DNA from: an uncultured Methanoregulaceae archaeon | GTDB lineage: Archaea > Halobacteriota > Methanomicrobia > Methanomicrobiales > Methanospirillaceae | Length of the DNA stretch: 64,000 nucleotides | NCBI GenBank assembly: GCA_963705255.1 | Contig: OY970061.1 | Span: 1-64,000 of the forward strand | Reading direction: 5' to 3' | In this document: positions 61,405 to 64,000 of the stretch, one piece after another | Layout of the letters: the number at the start of each line of letters is the position of its first letter | Position numbering within the stretch: the stretch's first letter is position 1 | Made by a program: the position numbers and the translations under genes | Notes under the pieces: generated by a model | Told to the model about the DNA's origin: nothing | Seen by the model: the letters and a program-made list of their open reading frames with translations, nothing else | The model's database searches: none

Positions 61405-62820
61405 TCATGACGATTTTCCGGTAAACCCGTACGCACCCTGCGGCACCAGGATCTCGAATCGTGCGCCCTTTCCCGGAATACCATTCTCCCTTACCGTAAT
61501 CCCGGTGATGGAGAGGATCTCCCGGATCAGGAACAGCCCGAGCCCGGTATTCTCCCCGAACCCCCGCTCAAATATCCGGTCCTTGAATTCCGCCGGTATT
61601 CCGGTTCCGTCGTCCTCCCAGGTGAGGACGAGCCCGGACACGGTCTCCTCTGCGCTCACCGATATCTTCGTTACATGCTTTCCATGACGGATAGAATTGT
61701 CCAGGAGGTTCTCGAAAACTTTCCCCAGCATGGGATCGGCAAATATCTTCAGGCCCTCAGTTCCGGCATCGATGCGGACAGGCCCGGCATGCAGTCTGCC
61801 GATCAGGGACGTGATATCCTGCCATTGCGGGGCTGTGCGTCCAAGGTTCTGGTATGAGCGGGTGAACTCGATCTGTTCATTCAGATCGTCTACGATGCTG
61901 CGGATCTTGTCAACATACCCCTTGAGTGCGGGGTCGTGGAGATTCTCTTCCAGGAGAATCAGGTAGGTCAGGATAGCAGTGATCTTGTTGCGGGCATCAT
62001 GCTGGCTGATGGAGTTCAGGAGGGAGAGCTTCCGGTTGACCTGTTCAAGCAGGTACTGTGACCGTTTCTGCTCGGTAATATCATGGGCAATCCCCAGCGT
62101 CCCGAGGACCTCATTCTTCTCATTATGGAGCGGTTCGATATATGATACGAACGACCGGCCATGGTATTGGGATTCGAAGGTTGCCTTTTCACCCTGCAAT
62201 GCGCGCTGGTGAGCCGAAACCGCGGCCTCTCTCTCCGGCTGCCCCTCATAGAATTCGCCGACAGTCAGGCCGACAATCTGGCCTGGTTCCAGACCCCACC
62301 TCTTTCAGGCCGGAGCGGCTGAGCTGGTGTACCGGAGATCGCGGTCCGTCGACCAGATCGAGCAGGGCAGCTGTTCCAGGAGAAAGCGGTACCGCCGGGT
62401 GATCTCGGTTGCAACCGTTTCTTCCTGTTTCTGCCGGGTGATATCCGTAGCGATATGAACAAACCGGGTCACGGACCCTGTTGCATCACGGACCGGGGTA
62501 CATACGACAAGGAAGATCTTCCCACCGATCAGTATCTCCCGTTTCTTGGGATGGGTGGTGCCTTCCGCCGTACCCGCTTCCATGGGGCACTCCGGCACCG
62601 GAGTATGGGAATCATGAAACAGCTCGTAGCATTTTTTCCCGATGATATCCTTTTCCGGGATATGGAGCAGATCGGCTGTTGCACGGTTCAACGCAAGGAT
62701 CCGGTGGTGCAGATCCAGAATCATTGAGGGATGGGGTAATGCAGTGATCATCTCCTCCCAGTCCAGGCATGCAGCAGATGCATCTCCTGGCTGCCCCTCG
62801 TTTCCCGGTATCTTTCCCAC
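61405..62820 (-). CDS. PAS-PAS histidine kinase, interrupted by an in-frame TGA at 62305 from apparent compensating indels
   Basis: PAS (GKKCYELFH..CPM), second PAS, SQHDARN and HATPase; both ORF pieces are in the same frame. Confidence 0.8.
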
Positions 62821-63082
62821 GGTTCTCCCCCCGGACCTTTTTCCGGAACTCCTGTTGTATTTATGGAAAATTGCCTGATACCGTTAAATTTGTTTTTATA
62901 CGGTCACCGGAAAGACGAAGGAATACGCGGCTTCAGGTTTGCGTGAGAACCGGTACGCTTCTCCGGGCACAGCAATTCCGGACCGCGCGCCTTTCCCGGG
63001 ATACACTTCACCGTAACCGTCAACCTGGCTATGGAAAGGATCTCCCGCATGGGGAACAGTCCATGCCATTTCCCCCCAATCC

Positions 63083-63442
63083 CTACTCAAATTCCAGCAG
63101 CACCCGGATCTTCCGCTCGATATGGCCGGACATCTGGTACCATCCGTCCTGGCAGCGATCACCGGTCATGGTGCGGATCGCGTCTTCCAGTTCAAGGTCG
63201 GAGATGCCATGGTTTTCGTGGTCCAGTACCTCTTCCCAGCAGTCATTCCCGGGTCTGGCAGGGATCCTGCACAGGGACGGCATTGCATCCAGGACCCGGA
63301 TGAAATAGTAGTTACTGCCGACAAGGGACCGGCGGTCATCTTCCAGTCGTTCAAAGAGGAGTCTCTGCTCTTCTTCGCCGCCTTTCCCCGTCCTCTCCCG
63401 GAGCACGACCCAGCAGGATCTTTCCACATTAATGTAGCCCAT
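63083..63442 (-). CDS. Hypothetical protein
   Basis: 119-aa ORF with an ATG start. Confidence 0.55.
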   Translation of the reverse strand: MGYINVERSCWVVLRERTGKGGEEEQRLLFERLEDDRRSLVGSNYYFIRVLDAMPSLCRIPARPGNDCWEEVLDHENHGISDLELEDAIRTMTGDRCQDGWYQMSGHIERKIRVLLEFE

Positions 63443-63716
63443 CGGCCCTGCCTCACAACACCCTTAACCGGAACCCTCTTTATCCCTGCGTTCCGGCCCG
63501 CATTTGCTTTTCAGGAAGGAATTTGTCCCTGACTCTCCCTGTCCGGATTTTTCCCGTCTGATACGCTTGGGTTCCGGGTTCCGGAAGATGATTCTTGTTC
63601 CGCTGGCAGTGTAATGAGAAAACACCTTCCCGTGAATGGAGGGTAGTCAGTGTCCGGCAGCATATATTTTTGGTCATATGCATTTCCGGCAGGATCGCCA
63701 GACCCCGTGTCCCGGC

Positions 63717-63956
63717 TCAATTACCGGATGCGTCTTTACTACCATCATCCGTATCGATGATCTCCGCAACCCGTCCGACCCGGCCATCGGTGAGCCGGAC
63801 CTTGATCCCGTGCGGGTGGAACGCGGATCTGGTCAGGATTTCCCTGACGATCCCCCGTGTCCTGTTGCCGCTGCGCTGGTCTGCTTTCTGGATGATCTCT
63901 ACGGTCAGGCCGGGCCGTACTTCTGCCCGCTGCTGCGACTTCCGGTCTCCGTTCAT
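63717..63956 (-). CDS. YwbE (DUF2196)-family protein
   Basis: VEIIQKADQRSG..TRGIVREILTRSAFHPHGIKVRL.DGRVGRV. Confidence 0.88.
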   Translation of the reverse strand: MNGDRKSQQRAEVRPGLTVEIIQKADQRSGNRTRGIVREILTRSAFHPHGIKVRLTDGRVGRVAEIIDTDDGSKDASGN

Positions 63957-64000
63957 GGTCGTGAAAAAATGCGGTTATTTCCAATGTTGTCCCGTCTCGG

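Noticed and set aside
62305-62307. Selenocysteine or stop read-through at an in-frame TGA in the PAS kinase
   Set aside because: Better explained by compensating -1/+1 indels restoring SSAGSGLKEVGLEP; not a redox enzyme context

Overview
A 64-kb chromosomal segment from a methanogenic archaeon, most likely Methanomicrobiales (Methanoregula/Methanolinea-like). This placement rests on the archaeal ThrRS, PolB, form III RuBisCO, GGGP synthase, gatCAB and many PAS histidine kinases. The core content is uvrA/uvrC/uvrB, purL/purQ/purB, dcd, thrS, an XPD-like helicase, ogt, mobA, pyrK/pyrD, mdh, polB, rbcL, trmJ, pcrB, topA, gatCAB and tRNA-Leu(UAA). The accessory content has four parts. (1) An AT-rich four-gene operon at 737-3224 (AbrB-like regulator, SocA/Panacea-like protein, PIN nuclease, and a divergent TGT-like barrel ending in a PCNA-binding-like motif) preceded by three 11-bp-phased repeats. 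(2) An orphan TIR effector next to two VapBC modules. (3) An AT-rich HhH-glycosylase-like gene. (4) Two related families of non-coding, MITE-like intergenic elements; family A has IS5/IS903-like ends and its copies span about 255, 380 and 635 bp, apparently through insertion of short GAAGA..TCTTC hairpin modules that are also found in family B. About ten genes, including essential ones, carry short indels (mostly single-base) that are probably long-read errors; many lie at AGCT/GTAC sites and may betray the host methylome. All family assignments come from motif recognition only; no database searches were run.
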